64,000 bases of DNA from an uncultured Candidatus Saccharibacteria bacterium (GTDB lineage: Bacteria; Patescibacteriota; Doudnabacteria; UBA920): assembly GCA_964520505.1 (NCBI GenBank), contig CAZFQP010000003.1, positions 16,738 through 80,737 of the forward strand, given 5' to 3'. The position numbers and the translations under genes are program-made. The notes below the pieces were generated by a model. That model saw only the letters and a list, made by a program, of their open reading frames with translations, ran no database searches and was not told the origin of the DNA. The stretch's first letter is position 1; every line of letters begins with the position of its first letter. Below, piece by piece: positions 45,145-54,612 of this stretch.

Positions 45145-46395
45145 ATGTCTAAAGTAAAAGATATGAAGTTAGCCAAACAGGGGCACATTAATATTGCTCT
45201 GGCTGAACGCGAAATGCCGGTATTGCGTAAAATTACCGAAGAATTCAAAAAGAACAAGCCGTTTAAAAATATGACTGTTGCAATGTGCTTGCACGTCACC
45301 AAGGAAACCGCAGTGCTGGCCAAGGCTGTGGCCGCCGGCGGCGCGGAAGTGGTTTTGTGCTGCAGTAATCCCCTTTCCACTCAGGACGACGTAGCCGCCG
45401 CCTTAGTGGAAGATGGCATAAATGTTTTTGCCTGGAAAGGAATTTCCAATAAAGATTATTACCAGTGTTTAAATAAAACTTTGGATTTTAAACCGCACAT
45501 TACCATAGACGACGGCGCGGATTTAATATCTTTAATCCACAGCGAAAGAAAAGAATTATTAAAAACCGTGCTAGCCGGACAGGAAGAAACCACCACCGGT
45601 GTTATTCGCCTTAAAGCTATGGCCAATGACGGCGCGCTTAAGTATCCGATTGTTGCCGTTAACGATACCCCAACCAAGCATATGTTCGACAACTACTATG
45701 GCACCGGCCAGAGCACTATGGACGGATTGCTCCGCGCAACCAATGTTTTGCTTTCCGGTAAAATTGTTGTTGTTGCCGGTTATGGCTATTGCGGCAGCGG
45801 TATGGCTTTGCGCGCTAAGGGTTTAGGCGCAAGAGTTGTGGTAACAGAAGTTGATCCTCTTCCTGCCTTAAAAGCTGCCATGGATGGTTTTGAAGTTATG
45901 AAAATGGCTGATGCTGTTAAAATTGGCGATGTCTTTTTAACAGCTACCGGCGACAAGGACGTAATTACCGCCGCTCATATGAAATTAATGAAAGACGGAA
46001 GCATAATGGGCAACAGCGGGCACTTTAATGTGGAAATCAATTTGAAAGATTTGCAAAAATTAGCCAAAAGCCACCGTACCGTGCGCGACCAGGTAGAAGA
46101 ATATACTTTACCGAATGGCCGCAGAGTTTTCTTAATTGCCGAAGGCCGCCTGATGAATTTAGCTGCTGCCGAAGGCCATCCGTCTGCGGTTATGGATATG
46201 TCTTTTGCCGACCAGGCCTTAACCTGCTTGTGGCTGTCCAAGAATTATAAAAATATGCGCGCTCAAGTTTACGATGTACCAAAAGAAATTGACGAACGTG
46301 TTTCCAAATTAAAATTAGAATCCTTGGGAGTAAAAATAGATACCTTAACTCCCGTACAAAAGAAATACTTGGCCAGCTGGCAAGAAGGAACCTAG
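45145..46395 (+). CDS. ahcY: adenosylhomocysteinase (S-adenosyl-L-homocysteine hydrolase)
   Basis: NAD-binding GYGYCGSG and conserved substrate-domain motifs; 416 aa short form; extended -10 promoter TGCTATAAT upstream. Confidence 0.92.
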   Translation: MSKVKDMKLAKQGHINIALAEREMPVLRKITEEFKKNKPFKNMTVAMCLHVTKETAVLAKAVAAGGAEVVLCCSNPLSTQDDVAAALVEDGINVFAWKGISNKDYYQCLNKTLDFKPHITIDDGADLISLIHSERKELLKTVLAGQEETTTGVIRLKAMANDGALKYPIVAVNDTPTKHMFDNYYGTGQSTMDGLLRATNVLLSGKIVVVAGYGYCGSGMALRAKGLGARVVVTEVDPLPALKAAMDGFEVMKMADAVKIGDVFLTATGDKDVITAAHMKLMKDGSIMGNSGHFNVEINLKDLQKLAKSHRTVRDQVEEYTLPNGRRVFLIAEGRLMNLAAAEGHPSAVMDMSFADQALTCLWLSKNYKNMRAQVYDVPKEIDERVSKLKLESLGVKIDTLTPVQKKYLASWQEGT

Positions 46396-46465
46396 GAATA
46401 TAAGATTTAGGATATAAGATATAAGAATTTAATGCAAACAGGATCCCAATTTCAAATACAACGCA

Positions 46466-46903
46466 ATGGCTTATAAAGCTTTATTAATTAATTGTATGGA
46501 TCCCCGCTTAGACGGGGAAAATGAAATAGAAATTGCCGCCGCCGCAGGTTTAAAGTCTTGCGAGTACGAAATGCTAAATTATGCCGGCCCTTCCTTATGG
46601 ATGACTGAGCCTCACGAACCCGAGCACGCGAAAAATTTTTGGTGGACTTTAGAACATGTTTCCCTAAATGTCCATAAAATTTCTAAAGTGGTAGTTATTG
46701 GCCATTCTTCTTGCGGAGGATTTGCTTTAAAAGGAGCGCCTCAGGAGCCCGCGGAAGAAAAGAATGCTATTGTAAAATCTTTACAGGATGCCCGTTCGGC
46801 AATTTTGGCAAGGCATCCTGAACTGGAAGTTGTACTGCTTTTTGTGGAAATTAAACCCAGCCCCCCGGAAACTTTACCGAAAATTGAAATTGAAAAAATT
46901 TAA
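46466..46903 (+). CDS. beta-carbonic-anhydrase-like protein (short)
   Basis: Zinc-ligand motifs CMDPR and GHSSCGG in the spacing of beta-CAs; only 145 aa. Confidence 0.4.
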   Translation: MAYKALLINCMDPRLDGENEIEIAAAAGLKSCEYEMLNYAGPSLWMTEPHEPEHAKNFWWTLEHVSLNVHKISKVVVIGHSSCGGFALKGAPQEPAEEKNAIVKSLQDARSAILARHPELEVVLLFVEIKPSPPETLPKIEIEKI

Positions 46904-46928
46904 AAATAATCCCGGTACTAATCCGGGA

Positions 46929-47696
46929 TTATTTTTTTAACCTGATTGCGTTTTTAGCTTTAAATTTCCCTACGCTACTCCTTTTTAAGTTAAATAGCAA
47001 GCCTCCGCAGTTAAGCTGTTTTCCTAGCTGCTGCGCGATTGAGCGAATGTAAGTGCCGCTGGCGCAGGATATCACAACATCAACAACCAAAAATTTAGCA
47101 ACCATAGCCTTTAGTTTTTTATTCCAAAGTTTTAAAATTTCTTTTTGCCGAAAGTCGCCGCTGACTTTAGAAATTTTTTCTTGTGCCGATTTTAAAACTT
47201 TATCAGCAGATATTTTTTTACAAGTACTTAGAGTGATTTTTGTAATATTCATTTCCCTGCTGTTGATATTATCCAAACCCAACTCCCCTGCTCGGGCATA
47301 CATAAAACTTGGACGTCCATTAATTGGTACCGAAGAATAAGGTGGAATGGGTAATACCGTCCTGCCAACTAGTTTCTTAATTTCTTTCTTAATTTCGTGA
47401 ATTTCCGGCAATCTATAATCAACTTTTGTAATTTTTCCCATCAAATCAAACGTATCCGTTGCCGCGCCAAAAAGAATTTGTGCCCTGTATGTTTTATTAA
47501 ACTTTAAAAATTTATCCTTCTCTTTCAACTTTTTTCCGGATAGTAAAATCAGCACGCCCTCGGCCAGAGGGTCAAGCCGCCCGGCGTAAGTCATTTTATA
47601 CTCCTTTGGCAATCCAGCCTGTTTTTTAAATTTTTCCAAAGCCTGCAGGGGCGTAAGCCCAAGGGGTTTATAGATATTGAAAATATTTTTTAGCAT
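46929..47696 (-). CDS. truB: tRNA pseudouridine(55) synthase
   Basis: Catalytic motif YAGRLDPLAEGVL and TruB N-terminal fold; 255 aa. Confidence 0.88.
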   Translation of the reverse strand: MLKNIFNIYKPLGLTPLQALEKFKKQAGLPKEYKMTYAGRLDPLAEGVLILLSGKKLKEKDKFLKFNKTYRAQILFGAATDTFDLMGKITKVDYRLPEIHEIKKEIKKLVGRTVLPIPPYSSVPINGRPSFMYARAGELGLDNINSREMNITKITLSTCKKISADKVLKSAQEKISKVSGDFRQKEILKLWNKKLKAMVAKFLVVDVVISCASGTYIRSIAQQLGKQLNCGGLLFNLKRSSVGKFKAKNAIRLKK

Positions 47697-47751
47697 AATT
47701 TAAGTATATCCCAGCTATACGTTTTTGCATAAAAATAAATAGTGCTACAAT

Positions 47752-48243
47752 ATGGTTATGCGAACCAATCAAATTTTTTGCGAACTACTCAAAGATGCCA
47801 GGGAATTTTATCAGAAAGTCGGGCAAGTGTATTGCCCAGCGCTTAAGGCTGATGTGATTTTTAATTCGGATGGATTCCATCATTTGCGGTATAATAGTTC
47901 GCGTGTTAACCGCACCAAACCGGAACAAAGAAACAAACTTGCTCATATTCCACAAGCCGTAGATATTTTAAAGCTTACAACTACAGTACAGGAATATAGG
48001 GAAACAATGGAACCGCTGGGTACGCCTGACAGTAAGGGCTTCAGGCCCATGATTCGGGTCGGCTATTTTGGTTTTTGGTCGGTAATGAATTTAAAAACTA
48101 AAATCCGGGTTAAGTGCATAGTTAAGTATGTTGAGAATAGTAAAAAATATAGCTTCTGGAGTGTTATGCCTTATTGGACAGAAAAAATTGTGAATGGCCA
48201 AACTGTAAGATATGTTGCCAGTAGAAATATTGCAGATGAATAA
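47752..48243 (+). CDS. hypothetical protein
   Basis: 163-aa basic protein; no recognisable motif. Confidence 0.4.
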   Translation: MVMRTNQIFCELLKDAREFYQKVGQVYCPALKADVIFNSDGFHHLRYNSSRVNRTKPEQRNKLAHIPQAVDILKLTTTVQEYRETMEPLGTPDSKGFRPMIRVGYFGFWSVMNLKTKIRVKCIVKYVENSKKYSFWSVMPYWTEKIVNGQTVRYVASRNIADE

Positions 48244-48397
48244 AAAATACGCCTCATTGGGAGGTGTATTTTTTAGTGTGCTTGGCTTCAGCTTAACTAT
48301 AAGTTTAGCTGAACGGGGCCGAAGCCCACAAGCACATTTAGAGTTTATATAATATTTTAATTATTGTCAATATTCGCCCCCCAAGCCCTTATTGACC

Positions 48398-48427
48398 AAA
48401 TGGCCAAAAAAATGATAAAATAGTTAA
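48398..48427 (+). promoter_or_regulatory. Promoter TTGACC-17-GATAAAAT for the tRNA-Tyr gene
   Basis: Hexamers 6-7 nt upstream of the tRNA 5' end. Confidence 0.5.
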
Positions 48428-48433
48428 GCGTTT

Positions 48434-48728
48434 GGGCAGGTAGCGAAGCGGTCAAACGCGACTGACTGTGAAAGATTGCAGCTCTTAAAAGAAATTTTAA
48501 GATGTCCTCTCTGGGATAACGGTGAAAGCTAAATCAAATCAAACTGACAAGCTAATACCGTGGGAACCCTGATAATTTATCGGGGAGCGCCGTAGAGACT
48601 AGATACCAGAGTACCTAAAATCTTAAACGATTATGGTAAAGATATAGTCCACCCCTTTTGGAAACATTTGGATAAGTGAAATCAGTTGGCTTATGCCTTC
48701 ATAGGTTCGAATCCTATCCTGCCCACCA
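48434..48728 (+). tRNA. tRNA-Tyr (anticodon GTA) interrupted by a ~209-nt group I intron in the anticodon loop (exon 1 48434-48469, intron 48470-48678, exon 2 48679-48728)
   Basis: Exons reconstruct a class-II tRNA closely matching bacterial tRNA-Tyr (D-loop AGCGGTCAAA, long variable arm, T-arm AUAGGUUCGAAUCCUAU, CCA encoded). Exon 1 ends in U pairing with intron IGS GCAG (U-G), intron ends in G, and the intron contains GTAGAGACTAGA matching the P7/J8-7 core of bacterial tRNA group I introns (e.g. Azoarcus tRNA-Ile intron). Confidence 0.7.
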
Positions 48729-48763
48729 TAAAAAAACTTTCAGAAATCTGAAAGTTTTTTTAT
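48729..48763 (+). terminator. Terminator AAAAAAACTTTCAGAAATCTGAAAGTTTTTTT
   Basis: Perfect 9-bp stem between A- and T-runs. Confidence 0.75.
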
Positions 48764-48963
48764 TAGCGACGTAGAGCGAATCCGTCCCGATTTTATCGGG
48801 ACGAGTGAGCCGAGGAGCTAATATAGGTTAAATACCTCGTAGCTTTGCTACGAAATGCAGTTAACTCCTTGGTGTTAATACCTCGGAGTTCTACTCCGAG
48901 GAACCTTTATTTGTGACAAAAAATAACGACATGACATCAAAGAGATATTGTGAGTCTTGATTT

Positions 48964-48995
48964 AAAACACCGCACAAATTTGTGCGGTGTTTTAA
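48964..48995. terminator. Bidirectional terminator AAAACACCGCACAAATTTGTGCGGTGTTTT
   Basis: 10-bp stem; downstream of the minus-strand tRNA-Thr(GGT). Confidence 0.7.
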
Positions 48996-48997
48996 TC

Positions 48998-49073
48998 TGG
49001 AGCCCACTATCAGATTCGAACTGATCACCTGCTCCTTACCATGGAGCTGCTCTGCCAAATGAGCTAAGTGGGC
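48998..49073 (-). tRNA. tRNA-Thr (anticodon GGT)
   Basis: GCCCACTTAGCTCATTTGGCAGAGCAGCTCCATGGTAAGGAGCAGGTGATCAGTTCGAATCTGATAGTGGGCTCCA; CCA encoded. Confidence 0.88.
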
Positions 49074-49173
49074 ATATTGTAGAATAGTATAGAATATCTG
49101 AATTATTTTTTCAAGAGACTTTTAGGCCATTCGTCCGTCGAATGCGGAGAAATGGCCTAAAACAAAAATTGAT

Positions 49174-50028
49174 TTATGAAATTGTAAGTTTTTCCAGTTT
49201 GGCTATAACAGTCGGATTTTCCGGGTCAATTGCTTTGGCTGACATTAGAGCCGCCTTGGCTTTTTCTTTGTCGCCTGCTTTTAAGCTGGCCTGGCTCAAA
49301 CTAATAAAATACTTAATATTTTTATTCTCCAGGCTAATGGCATGTTCAAAGCTGGTAATTGCTTCCGTCCATTGACCGGCTGCTTCCAAACTTAAGCCCA
49401 GATTATAATAACGGTTTGGTTGAGTAGAATCAAGGGCAATGGATTTTCTGTAATGCTCAGCCGCTTTGGAGTATTGTTTGTTGCGAAATAGACAGTAAGC
49501 CAAACGGGCGTGAAAGTCGGGGTTGGCAGGCTCATGATTTGCTAAATACTGGAAAATATCGGCTGCATCAACAAAGTTTTCCCGCTCCATATAAAATTTT
49601 CCCAAGGCATCGTAATTGGTGAGATTTTTTGGCTGCAGCTTTATCATGTCCAGATAGTAGCGTTCATCTTTGACTTCGTGAGTGGTAATTGGTTGGACAA
49701 TTGGCTTTTTTTCCGGCGGCTGCGTGCGGCTGAATAGTTGTTTAATTCGGTAACCGGCGGCTGCGTGCGGCTTTAAATCCTTAGCTTCCAACATAAAATT
49801 CCAAGTTTTTTTAATCCATAATTTTATAGTTACTCGAATTTTAGAAAAAGCTTCGGCCGGCAACCCCTTGGCCAACAATTTTTCGCTGGCATTAGGCTCT
49901 TTTTCTTCTATCTCATGCAAAACCGCCGCTTGGGGCAGGTGCCTGAGAATAATTAGCAGAATGCCCAAGACCGAAAAAATAAATATGATGTTGGGGATAA
50001 TTTGATAGGACAAGGGAGTGAATGCCAA
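49174..50028 (-). CDS. TPR-repeat protein with N-terminal TM anchor
   Basis: TPR-like Y/A/L periodicity (YYNLGLSLEAAGQWTEAITSFEHAISL); contains a 19-bp direct repeat CCGGCGGCTGCGTGCGGCT x2. Confidence 0.6.
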   Translation of the reverse strand: MAFTPLSYQIIPNIIFIFSVLGILLIILRHLPQAAVLHEIEEKEPNASEKLLAKGLPAEAFSKIRVTIKLWIKKTWNFMLEAKDLKPHAAAGYRIKQLFSRTQPPEKKPIVQPITTHEVKDERYYLDMIKLQPKNLTNYDALGKFYMERENFVDAADIFQYLANHEPANPDFHARLAYCLFRNKQYSKAAEHYRKSIALDSTQPNRYYNLGLSLEAAGQWTEAITSFEHAISLENKNIKYFISLSQASLKAGDKEKAKAALMSAKAIDPENPTVIAKLEKLTIS

Positions 50029-50109
50029 ATATCAAATTCTAAATTTTAAATTCAGAATCAGTATTCGGTAATTAAATGTCAGCTTAATTTATTGTAGCAA
50101 ACATTTTCA

Positions 50110-50691
50110 CTAATTGCCTAATACAAAACGAGCAAAGCGCTTAATTACAATGTTCTCCCCCATTTTGCCGACAGCTTGTCCGATTAAATCTTTAACTTTT
50201 GTATCCGGATTCTTTACAAACGGCTGTTCCATTAAGCAGGCTTCTTCGTAGTATTTGGCGATTTTACCTTCCAGAATTTTGTTTACCACGTCTTCCGGCT
50301 TGCCTTTTACCTGTTCTTTGTAAATTTCTTTTTCTTTTTCCACAACCTCTACCGGAACGTCGGCAATATTTACATAAAGCGGATTAGCGGCGGCAATGTG
50401 CAGGGCTAGCTCTTTGGCAAGATTTTTAAAATCGTCAGTGCGAGAAACAAAGTCCGTTTCGCAGTTGACTTCAATTAAAACGCCAACGCGGCTACCGGGG
50501 TGGATATAAGTTTCAATTAATCCTTCGTTGGCAACGCGGTCGGCTTTTTTTCCAACTTTTAGCGCGCCTTTTTTACGAAGTAATTCAATAGCCTTGTCTT
50601 TGTCGTTTCCTGTTTCTGTTAAGGCCTGTTTAATTTCCAGGATGCCGGCTCCGGTAATTTCTCGGAGTTCTTTTAGTACGTCGTTTGACAT
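50110..50691 (-). CDS. tsf: translation elongation factor Ts (short form)
   Basis: N-terminal UBA-like LKELREITGAGILEIKQAL and dimerisation core. Confidence 0.9.
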   Translation of the reverse strand: MSNDVLKELREITGAGILEIKQALTETGNDKDKAIELLRKKGALKVGKKADRVANEGLIETYIHPGSRVGVLIEVNCETDFVSRTDDFKNLAKELALHIAAANPLYVNIADVPVEVVEKEKEIYKEQVKGKPEDVVNKILEGKIAKYYEEACLMEQPFVKNPDTKVKDLIGQAVGKMGENIVIKRFARFVLGN

Positions 50692-50798
50692 AAATTTTTC
50701 AATTTAGATATTATTTAGATTTTTGTAATGAATTTCTAAAATTTCTTTATTTCCTAATTTCGTTCGGATAGAAATTGAGAAACTTTGAAATTGAGAAA

Positions 50799-51521
50799 TT
50801 ATTTAGTTATTGTGGCGTCTTTGTTTACCACAGCCTGAGTTTGTTTTCCTTCATTAATAGCTTGGGCGACGGAAGCGCAAATAAGCTCAATGGCTTTGGT
50901 GGCGTCGTCGTTGCAAGGGATCATATAGTCTATGCCGCTCGGGTCACAGTTTGTGTCCACCAGGCCAATGATTTTTACTTTGCTTTTTTGAGCTTCTTTC
51001 ACGGCAATGGCATCGTGCTTAACGTCGGTGACAAAAATTGCATCCGGCAATTTTTTCATATTTTGGATTCCTTCAAACAACTTTTTTAACTTTTCGATTT
51101 CGCGTTCTACCATTAAGCGTTCTTTCTTAGTATAGTGGCTTGCTAATTCGCCGGTCTGCTTCATACTTTCCAATTTTTCCATTTTGCGGATAGTGCGCTG
51201 GATGGTCTTGGTGTTGGTAAAGGTTCCGCCTAGCCAGCGGACGTTAACATACGGCATACCGCAGGAGATGGCGGCATCTTTTACTATGTTTTTACTTTGG
51301 CGTTTAGTTGCCACAAACAAAATTGTGCCACCGCGGCTGGACAGCTCGCCGGCGAACTTGGCCGCTCGGGCTAAGCTTTTTTGCGTTTTTTCCAAATCCA
51401 AAATGTGGATGTTGTTGCGAACCGTGAAAATATACGGTTTCATTTTTGGGTTCCACCGTGAGGTGGTGTGGCCAAAATGCGCCCCGCTTTTGAGCAGGTC
51501 TAAAAGACTCACTTCTTTCAT
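50799..51521 (-). CDS. rpsB: 30S ribosomal protein S2
   Basis: LLKSGAHFGHTTSRWNPKMKPYIF canonical S2 N-terminus; rpsB-tsf operon. Confidence 0.93.
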   Translation of the reverse strand: MKEVSLLDLLKSGAHFGHTTSRWNPKMKPYIFTVRNNIHILDLEKTQKSLARAAKFAGELSSRGGTILFVATKRQSKNIVKDAAISCGMPYVNVRWLGGTFTNTKTIQRTIRKMEKLESMKQTGELASHYTKKERLMVEREIEKLKKLFEGIQNMKKLPDAIFVTDVKHDAIAVKEAQKSKVKIIGLVDTNCDPSGIDYMIPCNDDATKAIELICASVAQAINEGKQTQAVVNKDATITK

Positions 51522-51791
51522 AAATCCTTTCTTGTTCGGCGTTTAAAATAACCGAACCTTCTATTTCGCTTATCCCTATAATTAAGCCCGCGGGCCTATA
51601 GGGCAGAAAGTGGCGCGAAATATGCTTATAAATTAGTAGCGATATTATAACAGGCCTTGACAATTTTGGCAAGGATTGATAGAATATCTGAAGTCGCTTA
51701 AGTTTCTTAATTTCCTCTAAATTTCACAATATCAGTGGAAATTAGCAGAAATTACGGAATTAAGTAATAATGAAATTAACCTTAAATAATC

Positions 51792-52055
51792 ATGAAACCG
51801 AACATTCATCCTCAATTTAACACTCAGGTCACTGTTAGCTGTGCCTGCGGCAATACTTTTGTCACCGGTTCAACTGCCAAAGAAATTTATACAGAAATTT
51901 GCAGCGCTTGCCACCCTTTTTATACCGGCAAGCAGAAATTAATCGACACCCAGGGACGCGTGGATAAGTTTAAAAAGCGCAATGCCACCGCGGTGCAGAT
52001 TAAGTCTACTGTTAAGGAAAAGAAACCGAGAAAAGCCCGCAGTCCGAAGAAATAA
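51792..52055 (+). CDS. rpmE: 50S ribosomal protein L31 (with C-terminal basic extension)
   Basis: MKPNIHPQF...C.C zinc-ribbon CxxC...CxxC pattern. Confidence 0.85.
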   Translation: MKPNIHPQFNTQVTVSCACGNTFVTGSTAKEIYTEICSACHPFYTGKQKLIDTQGRVDKFKKRNATAVQIKSTVKEKKPRKARSPKK

Positions 52056-52179
52056 CCCAAATCAACTTTTTTATAAAGCCATCCTGACGTTTTGTTTGGG
52101 GTGGTTTTATGTTAGAATTAATTATCCACTAACGCACAAAACACACTAAAGGCACAAAATCTAAATTTCGTGTTGATTT

Positions 52180-53280
52180 GTGAAGTTAGTGAGTTCGTGG
52201 ACAAAATTTATGGAACCAGGTTTTCAAAAAATATTAGACGAGTATAACAAAATCACCGAAGATATGTCTGCCGGTGGCAGTGTTGATATTGCCAAACTGG
52301 GCCGCAGGCACGCGGAGCTGTCCCCTGTTGCGGAGAAAATAAAGAATTATGAATTAAGAATTAAGGAACTGGAAGAAAATAAAAATTTACTGACCGATGC
52401 GGATCCGGAAATTAAGTCTATGGCTTTGGACGAATCAAAACGTTTGGAGGTGGAAATAATTAATCTAAAATCTGAAATAGAAGAAGCCTTGCTGCCTAAA
52501 GATGCCAATGACGACAAAGATGTGATTGTGGAAATCCGCGCCGGAGCCGGCGGTGACGAGTCCACCTTGTTTGCTTCGGAAATGTTCCGCGCCTTGGGCA
52601 AGTTTGCCGAAGAATTGGGATTTAAGACAAATATTGTTTCTTCTTCCCGCAGTGAGGCCGGCGGTTTTAAGGAAGTCGTTTTTGAAATCCACGGCCGAGC
52701 CAGCGCGGCTAAGCATCCATATCAGGTTTTTAAATATGAAAGCGGCGTGCACAGAGTTCAGCGCGTGCCGGAAACAGAAAAAAGCGGACGTGTCCACACC
52801 TCCACCATTACCGTGGCAGTGTTGCCAATTTTAGAAGAAAAAGATTATGCCATTGCCGACAAGGATTTAAAAATGGAAGCCACAACTTCTTCCGGACATG
52901 GCGGGCAATCGGTTAATACCACTTATTCAGCTATTCGCATTGTCCACATCCCAACCGGCATTACCGCGCAGTGTCAGGACGAGCGCAGCTTTGCCCAAAA
53001 TAAAGAAAAAGCCTTAGAAGTTATTCGCGCCCGCGTTGCCGCGCATTATGAAGAAATAGAAAATAAAAAAGTGCGCGATTTAACTAAAAGCCAAATCGGC
53101 ACCGGCGACCGTTCCGAAAAAATTCGCACCTACAACTTCCCGCAAGACCGCGTTACCGACCATCGTATTAACCAGAACTTCAACCAAATTAACTTGATTA
53201 TGGAAGGCAAGTTTGCCCCCATAACCGAAGCCTTGCAGCGCGCGGACTTAGAAGCAAAAAAAGAAGCGCTGAAACATTGA
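52180..53280 (+). CDS. prfA: peptide chain release factor 1
   Basis: PET (PxT) tripeptide motif, GGQSVNTT; followed by prmC. Confidence 0.9.
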   Translation: MKLVSSWTKFMEPGFQKILDEYNKITEDMSAGGSVDIAKLGRRHAELSPVAEKIKNYELRIKELEENKNLLTDADPEIKSMALDESKRLEVEIINLKSEIEEALLPKDANDDKDVIVEIRAGAGGDESTLFASEMFRALGKFAEELGFKTNIVSSSRSEAGGFKEVVFEIHGRASAAKHPYQVFKYESGVHRVQRVPETEKSGRVHTSTITVAVLPILEEKDYAIADKDLKMEATTSSGHGGQSVNTTYSAIRIVHIPTGITAQCQDERSFAQNKEKALEVIRARVAAHYEEIENKKVRDLTKSQIGTGDRSEKIRTYNFPQDRVTDHRINQNFNQINLIMEGKFAPITEALQRADLEAKKEALKH

Positions 53281-53376
53281 AAGATTTAAGGATTTGATGA
53301 TTGAAAGATTTGGAACCTAACAAAATCGAAAGGGCGGCACGCGAGGCGGCCGCCCTTGTTGCTTGTTTGTTGATGG

Positions 53377-53625
53377 TTACCCCGTCAGGGCAAGTTGGTA
53401 GCCCTTCAGGAAGGCAATCACTTGCTCGGTTCCCTGAGCTAGGTTAAACCCGGATTCTCGCTGAATCACGGCAACGCCATCTGGTCTTGGTGCCTTCATG
53501 CAGATTGATACGCCGTCATTGAGTGTGAGTGCCAGGCGAAAAATCTCTTTGTTTTTCTGAGCATCAGTGCTGGCAAAAACTACCAAAATTGGTTTCATAT
53601 GTCCCCTCTTTTTTGATTCAAACAT
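53377..53625 (-). CDS. small DsrE/DsrF-like (YchN-fold) protein, hypothetical
   Basis: MKPILVVFASTDAQKNKEIFRLALTL resembles the N-terminus of DsrE/TusD-like proteins; short, GC-richer. Confidence 0.3.
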   Translation of the reverse strand: MFESKKRGHMKPILVVFASTDAQKNKEIFRLALTLNDGVSICMKAPRPDGVAVIQRESGFNLAQGTEQVIAFLKGYQLALTG

Positions 53626-53651
53626 TATATATTATCACGCAAAAATAATAT

Positions 53652-54572
53652 TTGCAAATACAGTTTATGATAAAAGTTCTCAAAATTTCAGATATTATTA
53701 AAAAGAATTCTAATATCGAAATAGATATCCTTTTAGCTTTTGTGTTAAAAAAGCCTAAGGAATTTTTGTTTATGAATGGGGAAAATAGATTAACACGGAT
53801 TCAGGCGGACAAATTAACACGGATGGTGCGACGCAGGGAAAAGGGCGAACCTGTGGCTTATATTTTGGGTTATAAAGATTTTTATGGCTTGCGGTTTAAA
53901 GTAAATAAAAATGTGCTTATCCCCCGTCCGGAAACGGAAGGGATGGTTGAGACTGTCATTGCGAGTGTCGTAAAGATCTTTATGACATCCGAAGTAATCC
54001 CAATGGGCAAGAGATTGCCACGCCCCTCGCAAAGCCTCGGGGCTCGCAATGACAACTTAACAATTTTGGACATTGGAACGGGTAGCGGCTGCATAGCCAT
54101 AACTTTAGCCAAACAATTTAAAATTTCAAATTTCAAATTTCAAATTACTGCATCGGACATTTCCGCAAAAGCTTTGGCGGTGGCCAAGCAAAATGCCAAA
54201 GCCCATCACGTTAAAATAATTTTTGTTAAGTCTGATTTGCTTAAAAATATAAAAGTCACCCCGGATATAATTATTGCGAATTTGCCGTATGGGTGGAATC
54301 AGTGGAAAAACAATACATCTGCAGCCACGATTGGTTTAAAGTTTGAACCGAAAGAAGCATTGTTTACAAAAGAAAACGGGCTTTATGAAATTCATCGTTT
54401 ACTAAAACAAATTGCTCTACTCCCCTCTTTGCCGAAATATGTTTATTTGGAATTCGACCCCCGCCAAAAGACTGGGCTGTCTAAGCTTGTAAAAAAATAC
54501 CTCCCGAAGGGAGATATAAAATTTTACAAAGACTTTAACAACCTGTGGCGCTTTGCGGAAATAACTATTTAA
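53652..54572 (+). CDS. prmC: release factor glutamine methyltransferase PrmC/HemK (variant NLPY catalytic motif)
   Basis: N-terminal HemK domain (GEPVAYILGYKDFYGLRFKVNKNVLIPRPETE), SAM motif ILDIGTGSGCIAI, catalytic NLPY instead of canonical NPPY. Confidence 0.8.
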   Translation: MQIQFMIKVLKISDIIKKNSNIEIDILLAFVLKKPKEFLFMNGENRLTRIQADKLTRMVRRREKGEPVAYILGYKDFYGLRFKVNKNVLIPRPETEGMVETVIASVVKIFMTSEVIPMGKRLPRPSQSLGARNDNLTILDIGTGSGCIAITLAKQFKISNFKFQITASDISAKALAVAKQNAKAHHVKIIFVKSDLLKNIKVTPDIIIANLPYGWNQWKNNTSAATIGLKFEPKEALFTKENGLYEIHRLLKQIALLPSLPKYVYLEFDPRQKTGLSKLVKKYLPKGDIKFYKDFNNLWRFAEITI

Positions 54573-54612
54573 AATACCACTCTATTACTACAGTGTAATA
54601 GAGTGGTATTTT
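54573..54612. terminator. Bidirectional terminator AATACCACTCTATTACTACAGTGTAATAGAGTGGTATTTTTT
   Basis: 15-bp stem. Confidence 0.7.

Noticed and set aside
48434-48728. Interpreting the tRNA-like 3' end with CCA plus a long upstream region as tmRNA (ssrA)
   Set aside because: The 5' part forms a full D-arm and anticodon stem and the 3' part a long variable arm, i.e. a complete class-II tRNA. No tag-peptide reading frame ending in a stop was found. A group I intron fits better.
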